DNA of 64,000 nt from positions 1-64,000 of the forward strand of contig NIVC01000943.1 in assembly GCA_002269645.1 (NCBI GenBank), read 5' to 3'. The translations under genes were made by a program, and so were the position numbers. Positions 24,241 through 39,200 of this stretch are shown piece after piece; the stretch's first letter is position 1, and every line of letters starts with the position of its first letter. The notes under the pieces are model-generated. The model worked only from the letters and a program-made list of their open reading frames with translations. It was not told the origin of the DNA and did not search any database. The stretch comes from Macrostomum lignano (lineage: Eukaryota).

Positions 24241-25616
24241 AGCGCGGGGGAGCTAACTCAAGAGCTCGAAACTTCGCAGCGTCGATCGAGTTCACTCAAG
24301 TTGTGAGGCCGCCTCAAATTAAACAAGACAATTTTTAAGCGATGCTGCTAATCCAGGAATTTGATGAGGAATGTTTTGTTTAAGCTCACGAGTACATTTT
24401 AGAAGATTTTTATCGGCACAACTGCAAGTCGGCGGGAGGAAAATAACTTTGAACTCGGCTGGTCGCTTGCACGCGGTTCCCGCAGGTCTGCGGTAGACAG
24501 TTGAATCACGAAACTCATTGCGAGCGATCATTTCGCTTCACTTCGTTTGGGGACGGAAATGAATAAGATCGTTGGCTGTCTGTTTCATAACAGCACGATG
24601 AGGAGACACTTTTTTCAACTTTCTACACAATCGCACATTTGGCTCCTACATGCAATATTGGACTACTGGCAGTAGGCCACCTGCGTTTTTTGACAATAAT
24701 CTTTTTCTTGTAGATTTGAGAATTATTATTACTAATTGTGGAAATATTTTTTTCCATAAATTCGTCTTGTACTTTGGTTTTAACTTTTTGGGTTGTAGAT
24801 CATTTTCCTGACAGAATTTGAACTCTTATTCTGCAGTGCCAGACAATCTGAGAGAGTCACGTGCTCCATTTCGAGATTGGAGATCTCATGCAGCCAATCA
24901 GAATCGAGCTAGCCAGCCCGGGCCCGTCCAATCAGAAAATTCTTGGCAATTGTTATTGTATATCAAAATAGTTTCGCAAATATTATCTTCTATCTGGGCC
25001 ATCCTATCTGGGCATTCCCACAGATTTACGTAAAAATTGTGAACTAAAAGATTTTCATGATGAAAATAATTTCTTCCTCACGTGTGGCTGGGACGTCATG
25101 GTTTAGTGCAGTGACTGTCAGGCTCATCAGCTTTTAATTCCCAATTTGACAGTGCCAAATTACTAGGTAGGTTACTAGCGCATTTTAGATAAGGATTACA
25201 ATCACTAAGAACAAAAAAATCCGATCTAACTGGCAGCGCCTTTTGCTGTGCATGTGCGATGAAAACAAGCCAACTCATAAAAGTGGGTCAAGAACACTTG
25301 CCCAAGAGGTGTGTTGAGCGGCAGAGCTTCAGGTGCACCTCCATACTCTTCGGGACTGGGGGCGGGCAGCAGACGAGAAGAGAAGCTGCGCACCCCGCGG
25401 CTCTCCCCCCAAGCTAAAACTGAGCCTTGGCTGGCCGTGCAGCGGAAGACTGGGGGGGGGGGGGGTCAGAGAAGCAGAGAAACGAGACACGGTGCTGGAA
25501 GCAGCACTTGGCAAACTCTTGCATTTAAGCCTGTACTCAGCAAGCCAGCTCAGCACAGCCGCAGACTCTACGCCTCATCTTCCAATTTGCACTGCCGGCT
25601 CTCTTGTCGCTGCTGC

Positions 25617-26771
<1,155 letters not shown>

Positions 26772-27610
26772 CGGCGCATTCCACGTAATTAATCGATCCA
26801 TTCTATGAACTGTGATGATATTTAACTTGCTAGTACACTGAATTCTAAATATAATTTTAAGACGATCGAGTATTTACGAAAATAGCATCTATGTAGGCTC
26901 AAATCTTGTCGCTTCGTTGTTGCTTTTAATATCTTAACTTTGTACATGTACACAATTCGAGCGTCTGCATACATGTACATGTACATATTGTCTGTCAGAG
27001 ATCAGAATCTGCGGCTTTGGTTTAACTGGAGAACCATGTTGCGAATATATAAATACACGAATGCTATATACACAAATGACTCTGGGCCCACTGGGTCCGA
27101 GTCTTGGGTGGTTATGTACGACCTAATTACATGTCATAGGTTACATGTACATGTAACTGATTTAAATGGATTATAGCGTAGCCGGCCTGCTGCTACTAAT
27201 TGTATACATGCAGTTAGCGCTATAGGGTCTGACAACTGTAGTAGCTAGGATCAGACACTTTCAATACTGCAAGTACGATTGAGCAAAAATGCCGAGCATG
27301 AACTTACTGCAGGTACAGCTTATGTATAGAATGTATAATGTACATGTACATATGTATGATATAGACACTCGTTAAAATTGCAAATCTGGGAAAAGATCGA
27401 ATCTGCAGTCCAAGAAAAACGCAGTCTCGCGCAGTCCAGTCGGTGCATCGCTTGAACCACTTGCATGTAAATTCCAATTGTAATATTATGGTCCGCAAAT
27501 TTTGTCATGACTAGCGATGACTAGCGATAGCGATTGCATTCAGCATTTTGCAGATGGCTTGCCGAGATTTGTGAAAGTTAATTCTCATGCATGTTGCTTT
27601 ATAGTATAGA

Positions 27611-29300
27611 CTAGCAATCTTCGCCCCCCGATGGGGGACATCTAGATAGAATCTCTGTTCTCTACAAGTATCAATAAGATGGCCAAACAAAGCCTTCACA
27701 TAGTCAATAGAAAAACTGCTCAGATGAAGTGCAATGCAAAAAGAAAACATCCTAAGACAGCAAGCATCCCCCCAGTTAGCAAGCACCCCCAGATAGCAAG
27801 CACCCCCCAGATAGCAGGCATCCCCAGTTAGCAAGCACCCCCAGATAGCAAGCATCCCCCAGATAGCAAGCACCCCAGATAGCAAGCACCCCCAGATAGC
27901 AAGCACCCCAGATAGCAAGCATCCCAGATAGCAAGCACCCCCAGATAGCAAGCACCCCCAGATAGCAAGCAACCAATTGATAGCAAGTATTGATCTTTAA
28001 ATAGCAAGCATCCACCGAACAATAAGTAGCAAGTGCAACAATTTCCTTAGCTTTATAATGGCTCCTTTGTGATTGGCATGACGCTTCTTTTTACGTTTAA
28101 AACTGCGTCTCCTATGTTCGACATGGCGGCTTTTTATTGTTAGACATGGTGGCTCTTCTATGTTTGACATGGTGGCTCTTCTATTTTTGACATGGTGGCT
28201 CTTTAATGTTCGACATGGTGGATCTTTAATGTTTGACATGGTGGCTCTTTAATGTTCGACATGGTGGCTCTTTAATGTTCTACAAGGTGGCCCTTTATTG
28301 TTCGACATGGTGGATCTTTTTTGTTCTACATGGTAACTCTTTTATGTTTGATACGGTGGCTTTTTAATGTCTTACATGTTGGCTCTTTTATGTTTGACAT
28401 GGTGGCTCTTTAATGTTCGACAAAGTGGCTCTTTTATGTTTGACATGGTGGCTCTTAATTGTTTGACATAGTGGCTCTTTAATGTTCAAAATGGTGGCGC
28501 TTTAATGTTCGAAATGGTGGCTCTTTAATGTTCGAAATGGTGGCTGTTTTATGTTTGACATGGTGGCTCTTTTACGTTTGACATGGTGGCTCTTTAATGT
28601 TCGACATGGTAGCTCTTTAATGTTCGACATGGTAGCTCTTTTATGTTTGACATAGTAACTCTTTTATGTTCGATATGTTGGCTCTTTTATGTTTGACATT
28701 GCGCTTCTTTGATGTTTAGCAGTTTTGTTGTTTTTTTAAGGTGTTTTAATAAAAAAAAATCTTTTTTGCACTACTAAGATTCGAACCCAGGTCGCTACAT
28801 TAGCATTCCAGTCTGTTCGCATCAGGGCTATCTTTTTTCAATTGGAGAACATGAATTGTGGCCCTTATAATTCAATTCTTACAGCAAGTCAATTGGAGTA
28901 AAAAGTTATGACATAATCAATTTCTCAGTCAGCCAGAAACAGTCTCAATTTAAGTTGGCAATATGGTTACGCAATTTCATTCAAGTCGTGTGTGCATTGC
29001 TTTGACACTGTTTTCAACTTGTTGTGATGCAATCTTTAGCACAATCGGAATTCAGTCAGTCAGTTTTTTCTCTAGCATTCTTACAATGCATTTCAAGTCG
29101 AAAATTTGGCTTGACCTTTGCAAAAAAGCATGTTTTTCGAATATTTAATCCCTTTAACATTGAGCAATTTCTTAGCCAGGATGCATGTACCGTGCCAGGA
29201 AAATTTCTGATCAAATGGTGCAAGTTTGAAGAAAATCGGTTGAGCCATTTTTTCTGAAATCTATCGCATACCCACAGACAACTCATTTTTAGTATATAGG
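27611..29300 (-). mobile_element. Non-autonomous Helitron-like element, copy B
   Basis: The 5' end TCCTATATACTAAAAATG is at 29300. The 3' end is CCCCCATCGGGGGG-CGAAGATTG-CTAG|T at 27611. Internal arrays: GATAGCAAGCACCCCC (27755-28010) and ACATGGTGGCTCTTT (28120-28710). Confidence 0.82.
28768..28835 (-). other. tRNA-like module in Helitron B
   Basis: TAGCCCTGATGCG...CTGGAATGCTAATGTAG...CTGGGTTCGAATCTTAG. Confidence 0.5.
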
Positions 29301-32300
29301 ACTAGCAATCTTTGCCCCCCGATGGGGGACATCTGGATAGAATCCTTGTTTTTTACAAATAACAAATAGACAGCGAAATAAAGCCTTCAGAAAAAACAAC
29401 AGACATTCCCTCTTAAAAACAAAACATCCCAAGACAGCAAGCATCCTCAGACAACATTCAAGCATTGATCCCCAAATAGCAAGCATCCCCCAGACTGCAA
29501 GCATCCCCCAGATAGCAAGCATCCCCAGATAGCAAGCATCCCTCAGACTGCAAGCATCCCCCCGATAGCAAGCATTCCCCCAGACCCCAGATAGCAAGCA
29601 TCCCCCAGATAGCAAGCATCCCGCAGATAGCAAGCATCCCCCAGATCGCAAGCATCCCCAGATAGCAAGCATTCCCCCAGACCCCAGATAGCAAGCGTCC
29701 CCCAGATAGCAAGCATCCCGCAGATAGCAAGCATCCCCCAGATAGCAAGCATCCCGCAGATAGCAAGCATCCCCCAGATAGCAAGCATCCCCCCCCCAGA
29801 TAGCAAGCATCCCCCAGACAGCAAGCAACCCCTGATAGCAAGCATAACCTGGATACAAAGATACCTTATAGATATCTAGCAACCCCCTCTCAGATAGCAA
29901 GTACTCTCCACCCCCAAGAGCAAGCATCCCCCTGATAGCAAGTATCCATCCTTAAATAGCAAGCATCCACCAGAGAACAAGTAGCTAGTGCAACAATTTC
30001 CTTAGCTTTATAATGGTTTCATTTTGTTTGGCATGACACTTCTTTTATGTTTGAAATAGGGTCTCTTTTTTGTTTAAAAAAGTGGCTTTTTAATGTTTGA
30101 CATGGTAGCTCTTTTGTGTTTGACATGATAGCTCTTTAATGTTGGACGTGGTGGCCCTTTTGTGTTTGACATGGTAGCTCTTTAATGTTTGACATGGTGG
30201 CTCTTCTATGTTTGCCATGGCGGCCCTTTTACGTTTGAAATGGTGTCTCTGTTATGTTTGACATGGTGGCTTAGTTGTTTGACATGGTGGCTCTTCTATG
30301 TTTGACATGGTGGCTCTTCTATGTTTGACATGGCGGCCCTTTTACATTTGAAATTGTGTCTTTTTATATTGGGCATAATGGCTCAATAATGTTTTGACAT
30401 GGTAGCTCTTTTATGTTTGATATGGTGGCTCCCTTATGTGTGACATGGTGTCTTTTTTATTTTTAATGTTTGACATGGAGTCATATATGTTTGACATGGA
30501 GTCATATATGTTTGACATGGAGTCATATATGTTTGACATGGTGGCTCTTTAATGTTTGACATGGAGTCACGTATATGTTTGACATGGTGGCTCTTTAATG
30601 TTTGACATTGAGTCACGTATATGTTTCACATGATGGCTCTTTTATATTTTACATGGTGGCTCTTTTATGTTCGACATGGCTGATCTTGAATGTTTGACAT
30701 GGTGGCTCTTTAATGTTTGACATGGTGGCTCTTTAATGTTTGACATGGTGGCTCTTTTATGTTTGATATGGTGGCTCCTTAATGTTGAACATGGTGGCTC
30801 TTTAATGTTCGACATGGTGGCTCTTTTATGTTTGACATGATGGCTCTTTTATGTTTGACATGGTAGATCTTTTATGTTTGACATGGTGGCTCTTAAATGT
30901 TTGAAATGTTGTCTCTGTTATGTTCGACATGGTGTCTCTTGAATGTTTGACATGGTGGCTCTTTAATGTTTGACATGGTGGCTCTTTTATGTTCGACATG
31001 GTGGCTCTTTTATGCTCGACATGGTGGCTCTTTAATGTTTGACATGGTGGCTCTTTAATGTTCAACATGGTGGCTATTTTATGCTCGACATGGTGGCTCT
31101 TTTATGTTTGACATGGTGGCTCTTAAATGTTTGAAATGTTGTCTCTGTTATGTTCGACATGGTTTCTCTTGAATGTTTGACATGGTGGCTCTTTAATGTT
31201 TGACATGGTGGCTCTTTTATGTTTGACATGGTGGCTCTTTTATGCTCGACATGGTCGCTCTTTTATGTTTGACATGGTGGCTCTTAAATGTTTGAAATGT
31301 TGTCTCTGTTATGTTCGACATGGTGGCTCTTTTATTTTTGACATGGTAGCTCTTTTATATTTTACTTGGTGGCTCTTTAATGTTTGACATGGTGGCTCTT
31401 CAATGTTCAAAATGGTGGCTCTTTAATGTTCGACATGGTGGCTCTTTAATGTTTGACATGATGGCTCTTTTATGTTTGAAATGTTGTCTCTGTTATGTTT
31501 GACATAGTGGCTCTTTAATGTTCGACATGGTGGCTCTTTTATGTTTGACATGATGGCTCTTTTATGTTTGAAATGTTGTCTCTGTTATGTTCGACATGGT
31601 GGCTCTTTAATGTTTGACATGGTGGCTCTTTAATGTTTGACATTGAGTCACGTATATGTTTCACATGGTGGCTCTTTTATGTTTGAAATGGTGGCTCTTT
31701 TATGTTTGACATGGTGTCTCTTCTGTGTTCTACATGGTGGCACTTTTTTTGTTTGGCATGGTGGCTCTTTTATATTTGACATTGCGCTTCTTTTATGTTT
31801 AGCATTTTGTGTTTTAAAGTGTTTTAATAAAAAAATGTTTTTGCACTACTAAGATTCGAACCCAGGTCGCTACATTAGCAGTCCAGTCTGTTCGCATCTT
31901 GGCTATCTCTTTTCAATTGGAGAACATGTATTGTGGCCCTTATAATTCAATTCTTATAGCAAGTCAGTTAGAGTAAAAAGTTATGACATAATCAATTTCT
32001 CAGTCAGCCAGTATCAGTCTCAATTCAAGTTAGCAATATGGTTACGCAATTACAATCAAGTCTTGTGTGCATTTTTTCGACACTGTTTTCATCTTGTTGT
32101 GATGCAATCTTTATCACAATTGAAATTCAGTCAGTCAGTTTTTTCTTTCGCATTTTTACAATTCATTTCAGGTCGAAAGAGCTGCTTGACCTTTGCAAAA
32201 AAGCATGTTTTTCGAATATTTAATCCCTTTAAAATTGAGCAATTTCTTAGCCAAGATGCATGTACCGTCCCAGGAAAATTTCTGATCAAATGGTGCAAGT

Positions 32301-32384
32301 TTGAAGAAAATCGGTTGAGCCACTTTTTCTGAAATCTATCGCATAGCTAGTTAGTTACAGACATTTCATTTTTAGTATATATGA
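29301..32384 (-). mobile_element. Non-autonomous Helitron-like element, copy C, head-to-tail with copy B
   Basis: The 5' end A|TCATATATACTAAAAATG is at 32384. The 3' hairpin plus CTAG at 29301-29304 abuts the TC of copy B. Arrays lie at 29430-29965 and 30085-31790. Confidence 0.82.
31843..31910 (-). other. tRNA-like module in Helitron C (Ser-GCT-like loop)
   Basis: TAGCCAAGATGCG (A box), CTGGA-CTGCTAA-TGTAG, CTGGG-TTCGAAT-CTTAG (B box/T arm), then a T7 run. The acceptor stem does not pair. Confidence 0.55.
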
Positions 32385-33275
32385 TGCAGTAATAGCGATA
32401 CGAGCGTAATTGATATGGTCGGCGTAAGAGTATTTTTCTATGGTTTGTCGCGCACAGAGGAATGCAGAATTATTTTAATGGGGCCGATCCAGAAAACTCT
32501 TGGGAGGGGGGGCGATTACACACACAGTCTATTATTATACAGGCATACATTATGCAGCCGTTTTCCAAAATCAGTTTAAATTTCGTCAAAACAAGCCAAA
32601 AGATATGATTTTTTTGGCCACACTGGATTTACCATTGCTATGTGTCCTATCCCATTGGCAATTTGTCAACTCCCCTTTAACATGTTCATTGCAAAACTAA
32701 AAGTAGACTATTCAATATTTCTACTCTACGGAGTGGTTACGCAAACATAGGTTAACAAGCATTCGGTATGTAACCGGGACTAGTTTAGTTTGTAAATAAT
32801 TTTATACGTATACTTAAATTTATTTTCTATAAATTATAATAGTATTTTGTGTCATGTAACTTGGTAAAATTGTGCTTGCAAACAAACATTGTTTTTAAAT
32901 AAGAAAAAAGTGCGTGCTCCAAACACGTACGTTAAGTCGGCCTCGCAAAGCGTCAAGTTAACAGCTGACCGTATACAGGCAAGAATTAAACACTCGCGTC
33001 GCACCCACGCACGAGCTAATTCGTTCGGCATTGGACTTGTTAAATTGAGGGTTTCTTTCTTTGGAATTTTTATATTTCCTTTAAGGTTCCTTTTCAGATA
33101 CGAACTATACTAATTCTATTGATCGCATCGTAATCGTGGCATTTAACTTGACTGACATAGTTCTAGAAATTCAAGCTTTAAACGAAGATAAGTAAAGCTG
33201 CTCGTCGCCTTTCGCGTCATCATTTAACTTTTTCCACTAAATTAATATTTACTGACTCTCAGCTGTGAGCACAAC

Positions 33276-36200
33276 ATGTTTCGTGGAAGTAAATTTTCAT
33301 CTCTTCTCAGAGCAGTTCAGTCTCAAGGTGTAAGTTTTCTAACTGGAAAAAAACTTGAAATGTTTGATACATATTTTGTGCTTTAATAAAATATATGATT
33401 TCAGTCAATTCAAATACATTTTTGGATTGTGTTAATTCAGTATAGGTCAACCATTATAGGCCTATGTTGACCAAAATAAAAAATTCCAAGTTTTGAAGAT
33501 TTATAACATTTTTATCTCTTGTTCTACCAATGTAAAAGTTTATTATCAAAGCAGTACAGTAGTCTTAGTTTTAATATTAAGGTCTAAAGAAAATTAAAAA
33601 TGCTTAGCCTATTATCAAATATTAATATTAGGCCTAGGCCCTTTAACACTTATTTTTATTATATTTTTAAAATTCAAAAGTAGCCTTAATAGGTCTATGC
33701 AAAATGAATTTGCAATTGCATAACAATTTATTTAATATTTGGTAAGTATCTATAATCTGAGTTCACTTATAAATTTGTTTATAAAAAATAGATAAATACT
33801 ATTTTACTATATTATAGCTATATTATATAGCTTGGAAGGTGGGTAATGGACCAAGGTGGCCACAGACCAATGTAGCCACAAGGCAAAGCCTACTTCTTAT
33901 TGGTTTTGGAGGGAGAGAAAGGGTAGGGTATGGGAATAGAAGCTCTCTTACCAATCTCCCCCCAGGCCCCATCTCAACTTTCCCACTTCATATTTGCCTA
34001 ACTGTCCAATAAAAATTTCCAAAAGTGAATTTTCTATTGAAATCAAAATTGAAATCCAAATTTACTACTTTTTGAAATAAAAATAAAAATAGAAATTTTC
34101 CAAAATCAAAATTTAGAAAAACAATGCTTAGCGTAACCAACACTCACTTTTTACTTTTGATTTACTGCTCAAACAAAACAAAATATATGTATATATAGCA
34201 GAAATTAGTTTATTTTCAGTCACTAAATAAGCAGGGCCTAGAATCCCTCATTGTCACTTTGAATGCAAAAACTTTTTTCAATACAGAAACTATGTATACT
34301 CCTTGCCATGCTCCTAGTTTGTATGCCATGTACATATAAAGTAGTCTTGGTATATAGTAGTGGTAACTGTATAAAAAGGATAATTCAAAAAATACTTCCA
34401 GGACTCAGGCAAGAGATTCAGCTACATCCTACATGTACATATTATGTATATATTGAAAAAGATGAATGCATTATCATGCCGTTACAATATCATGTAAGCA
34501 AGTGTACTAGTGGTAACTTCTTCCCTACAAATGATTCCCCAGCTGTCACTAAAGTTGTGCTAGGCCTTTCAGCTCTCTCTAGAAAATCTCAACCGCTGAC
34601 ACCAAGCTGTGCTAGTGGTGTTTCCTATACACTGAGAATCCCACCGCTGAGACACCAAGCTGTGCTAGGCCTCTTGGCTCTGTCTTATAAAGTCCTAATT
34701 CTGAGCCTCTGCCTAGTCCTTATCTTGCCACCAAGTTGTCACAGGGGTGTCTCCTTTTACTGAAATTGTCAAAGGGCTAAACTTCCTACACTAATCTTTA
34801 AGTTGGTAGCTGCCACCAGGATTATCCTATTAATAAATTATGAGTTTATCAATCTTAGAATAATCCGAGAAATGTTTCTTAGAATTGATCTGAGTATATA
34901 TCTTAGTATTTAGTCTGAGTATTTAATCTGAGTATTTAGTCTGAGTATTTAATCTGAGTATTTAGTCTGAGTATATTGTTCTTAGAATATTATTTAGCCC
35001 TTACAATTGTTATCGTTCTCCTGTTATTCCGGTAGCATTTACTATTGTTCTAGTAGCGTTTATTATTATTCTGGCCTGAGTGGTCTATTGGCTATACTGG
35101 TATATGTATTTCATGTACTTTGCAAGTCCTTGGGCGTTACCGAGATCAGAGGGTCACAGCCTCGGGTTATTCTTACACTTATACTTTGGAACTACTTTGT
35201 ATTTCTTACTACTCAATTCTCTCCCTCTCAGTTGTATATACTGTATATATTCTCGTCTACTTCACTCTTATGTCTGCAAATGAATAACTCGGAAAACGGC
35301 TCCTCTTATATTTATTTGGAACACTCCTTTCTTTCTATGCTCACTTCTTTCATAGGAACTGCACGAAAGCAAGTTGCTCTCTCTTCGGCTCTGATCGCGT
35401 CTATTTATACTAAATTATTCTATTGTTTTAAACAAAAATTAATTCGCAAAAATATTTTGGAAAACACGTACATTAAAACAAATTGTTTGCTTAGTATTTT
35501 GGCACGAGTTTAAAAGTATTGAATCATAAAAAATATAGATCGCCCTGCACACAAGCAATAATTATACATGTATAAATCAATGCATGACTAGCACTAATCA
35601 TAATTGTATAAACTGTATTGCATGTACATGTATATATATATACTATAATATACACAAAATATACAATATATCAGCAAATGCTTTTACAACTCTTTAAAGT
35701 TCTACAAAATTTTACAAAAAATTTTAGTTCCAAATTCCAAAAAACTACATATATACACTTACATTTATAAAAAAAGTTTTATCCAAAATTTTGACTTTTG
35801 AATTTTTTTTAAAATCAAAGTTTGCTCTAAAAATTCTGAATTTTGAAAAATCAAAATGGAAATTGAAATTTTGGAACATCTCTATTATCCAGTTTTGGAT
35901 AGCTTTTGAATAGTAACCAATGCATACTACTAGCAATATATAGATAGTTATTGTGAAACTAATGATGGACTGAATGTAGATTTTTGCAAGGTTCCAAAAC
36001 CCAAATCCAAATGTACAAAAAAAATCCGAATCTAAATCATAATATCTGAGTATGTTTCTGAATATAGAAAAAAATAAAAGGTAAATGACAAAAGTAACTA
36101 TGACACTTTTCAGTCACAAAAATGCCTCATCATCTAATTAGTAATTGTATTAGTGGTGTACTATATTAATTTACTAACAAGATTCAATTTATCTCTGGCT

Positions 36201-39200
36201 TATATAATACTAAATCTATCTAGTATCTGAATTGAATTGAACTTAGAATTGAACTTGATTCATATATATCTAATTTAACTAATTTTTTCAATTACTAATA
36301 CTAGAACTGACATTATATTTGTGCAATTTTATAACTTTACCATGTACAGTGCACATTCAAAAGTCCATTGCATTTGCATTTTGAAAAAAAACAAAGTAAT
36401 GATTACACTTAAACAATGATTACCTTAAAATGTTTCTGCAACTTTAAGTTTAATGTCTCAAAGGGCCTGAAGTTAAGTAACTTTACTTATTAACACTTTT
36501 AAACATGTTACTGCAAAAACAAACAATTGTAGAAATGAACAATATGACATTAAATTTTGCTGATCCATCTGATCCATCACTATGTGAAACACATTATTTT
36601 AAAACAAGATTTAAGATTGCAGGCTTTATTAGGAGGCATCGCTTATCTCTTATCTCTTACAATTTAAAGGTCAATTTCATAGGCATCTAAGCTATTGGAG
36701 GTCAAAACCTTAACTTGATTGTCTATTAAGTTAAAGTTTAATTAAGCTGTTAACCTGTAGACAGGCAGGCAGCACCACATCTTGCAGTGCTGTATCACCC
36801 TATCCTTTGCCTTGGCAGCCAGGGTGTCAGAGGTTGCATAGTGGAGCAAGATCAGTGGGATAGCCGGGTGGTGCAGTACACTGGCAAGTTTGTTGGTGCC
36901 TATACCAAGGATTAGAGGAGAAAGGATTGAGAGATGAGAGAATAGAATAGAATAGAAGAGATAAGAAAGAAAAGAGGAAAAAAGAAAGGAGTGACAATAT
37001 AGAAGTGGTATGAGAATAGAGAAGTAGGAAGAGATCAGAAGAGAGAAAACACAATACATGATAGATAAGAAAGGAAAGAGAAGAGATACATATAACAGGA
37101 GAGAGGATATAGAAAAGAAGAGTGTGGGTTAGAAGAGATAATAGAACAGAGAAGTTTCAATGGACTTTAGTGACAGAGAAGATAAGCAGAGGCCAGTGAC
37201 ATATGCGTTAGATATCTAGAAGACTTTGCACGCCTGTCATTCTATATAGCATCCCAGCATCCCAGCTGCTGATAAGATCAATGCTTGCCTCTAATTCTAA
37301 TTTAACATGAATTCACTCTACTTTTTGTTTACCTCTATCTTATTGGCTTATAAGCTTTTGTATGAGTATGACTTCAGATTTAAGAATGCATGCAAAAATA
37401 GTTCTGATGATTAGAATTCAATAGGTTCAAAATCTATGCATTTCAATAGCTTGTATTCATATAAAGCAAAGTACTTCAATTCCATTAAATGATTGATATA
37501 TTTTCACTGCATATCAAATGAGTTCTGATAATAGATTTAGTACCCTCTTTAAATTTGTTAGAACTTGTTAAATATACAATGTGAAAATCTCAATTAGGTC
37601 AGTCAGGTCAAGAAAATTACTAGTGCCCAATGCAATGATGCACATATTGCTATCAGTAACATAAATAGTTTCATCTGAAAAAAATTAAAGTTAAACTTGA
37701 GGGACATACACAATGGTCCTCTCTTTGTCTCTATACTCTAGGAGCTACAATAGAACAGCCAATAGTCATTGAGGGAGTTGATAGCTTCATGGACCAATTA
37801 GAGCTGTGGCCACCTTAGTGTGTGGCCACCTTAGACATGTGCCAGAAGGTGACATGTACGCTGGGATTTCCTGGCATACAATGAGGGTATTTGCCATTTT
37901 CAGCATATATATATATATAGGCATACATCTGATTACAAGTGTACAGGACATACTAAAAAAAATTCCACTTATATCTATGCATACATGTGTGTATTTTAGG
38001 ATTAAATAAAGTAACTTTACATAAGATATGCTATATCCAACACTGTCAACAACATAGAACACATGAAATAAAAAATATTTTTAAACTTCCTGCCAAAAAA
38101 ATTTTCCTCAATTTTTAGCAAATAAAAAGTTTTTAAAATATTTTATATAATTGTCTTTCTCAGTATATGTTGCAAAAGTGCATAATTTTCAAGTTTGTTA
38201 TTATGCGCAAATAAGGAATTCAAGAATGAAAAAATTGTACAATTTCAGCATGCATAAAAAAACATTTTTTGCCCTGGCATACAAATGTGTTCCTGTACTT
38301 TTTCTCCCACCAGACCTGGCATACACAGTCCAAACCTTGGTAGCTATAGTTATGGTAAAATTTAGGGTGGCACTTTTTGAGCCAAATTTGATTAGATTTC
38401 AGCTATAGAGTTCTTGCCTAGTGGCAGTTATAGTTAAAGATCATGGAGATTTGGAGCACCTTATATAATTTCCCCTAATAATATAAATCTTATATTAAAT
38501 TCTTGTTGAATCACAAAAAATCCTTGCTAGAACATTTTATTCTGATTTGCTTTGTCAGAAAGTTATTATTGAAATCTTATTCTTACCCTTATTTTGCTTA
38601 ATCAGCATTAATGATTCATACTGATCCACTGATACATAGTAACAGCTCTCCAATACCGCCTCATCAACACTCCAGGATGCATTCTCACAGGCCAAGCGGC
38701 TGTTCTCTATTCACGAATACATGGCCATGGGCCTGCTGCAGAAGAGCGGCATTGCTGTGCCAAAGTTTGGCGTGGCCAAGACCAGTGCCCAGGTCTACCA
38801 GATGGCTCAGGATCTGGGTGAGCTGCCTCTGGGGTTGATTGGCTCTGCGAATTCTTAAATGTATTATTGTGCTCTTTTACTAAATGCATCTCTGCCGCTG
38901 CTGCCCTCCCATTTCTCAGTGGACTCGCAGACATGTAATGCAAAATGTTTCCAGTTGGTTACTGCTGTGATTGTTTGTTGTTTTGCACTAGTTAGTTTTT
39001 TCGTTTCAATGCTTGTGCCATTGGATTTTTGTGTGTTTAGTAACTACCTAGGAATATTTTTATGTGAGTTGCTTTCGCTTCTCTTACCCGTTTTAATGCA
39101 AGCGCTAATTGCTGCAATAGTTTGATCTGAAGCAGTAAGTGGAGCTTTATGAGACAGTTAAGTCTGATGAACATGCTTTGTTTAGGAAACAGGAAAATGT

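Noticed and set aside
34263-35513. 166- and 168-aa ORFs in SUCLA2 intron 1
   Set aside because: AT-rich, no codon bias or homology recognised. Likely chance ORFs or decayed repeats.
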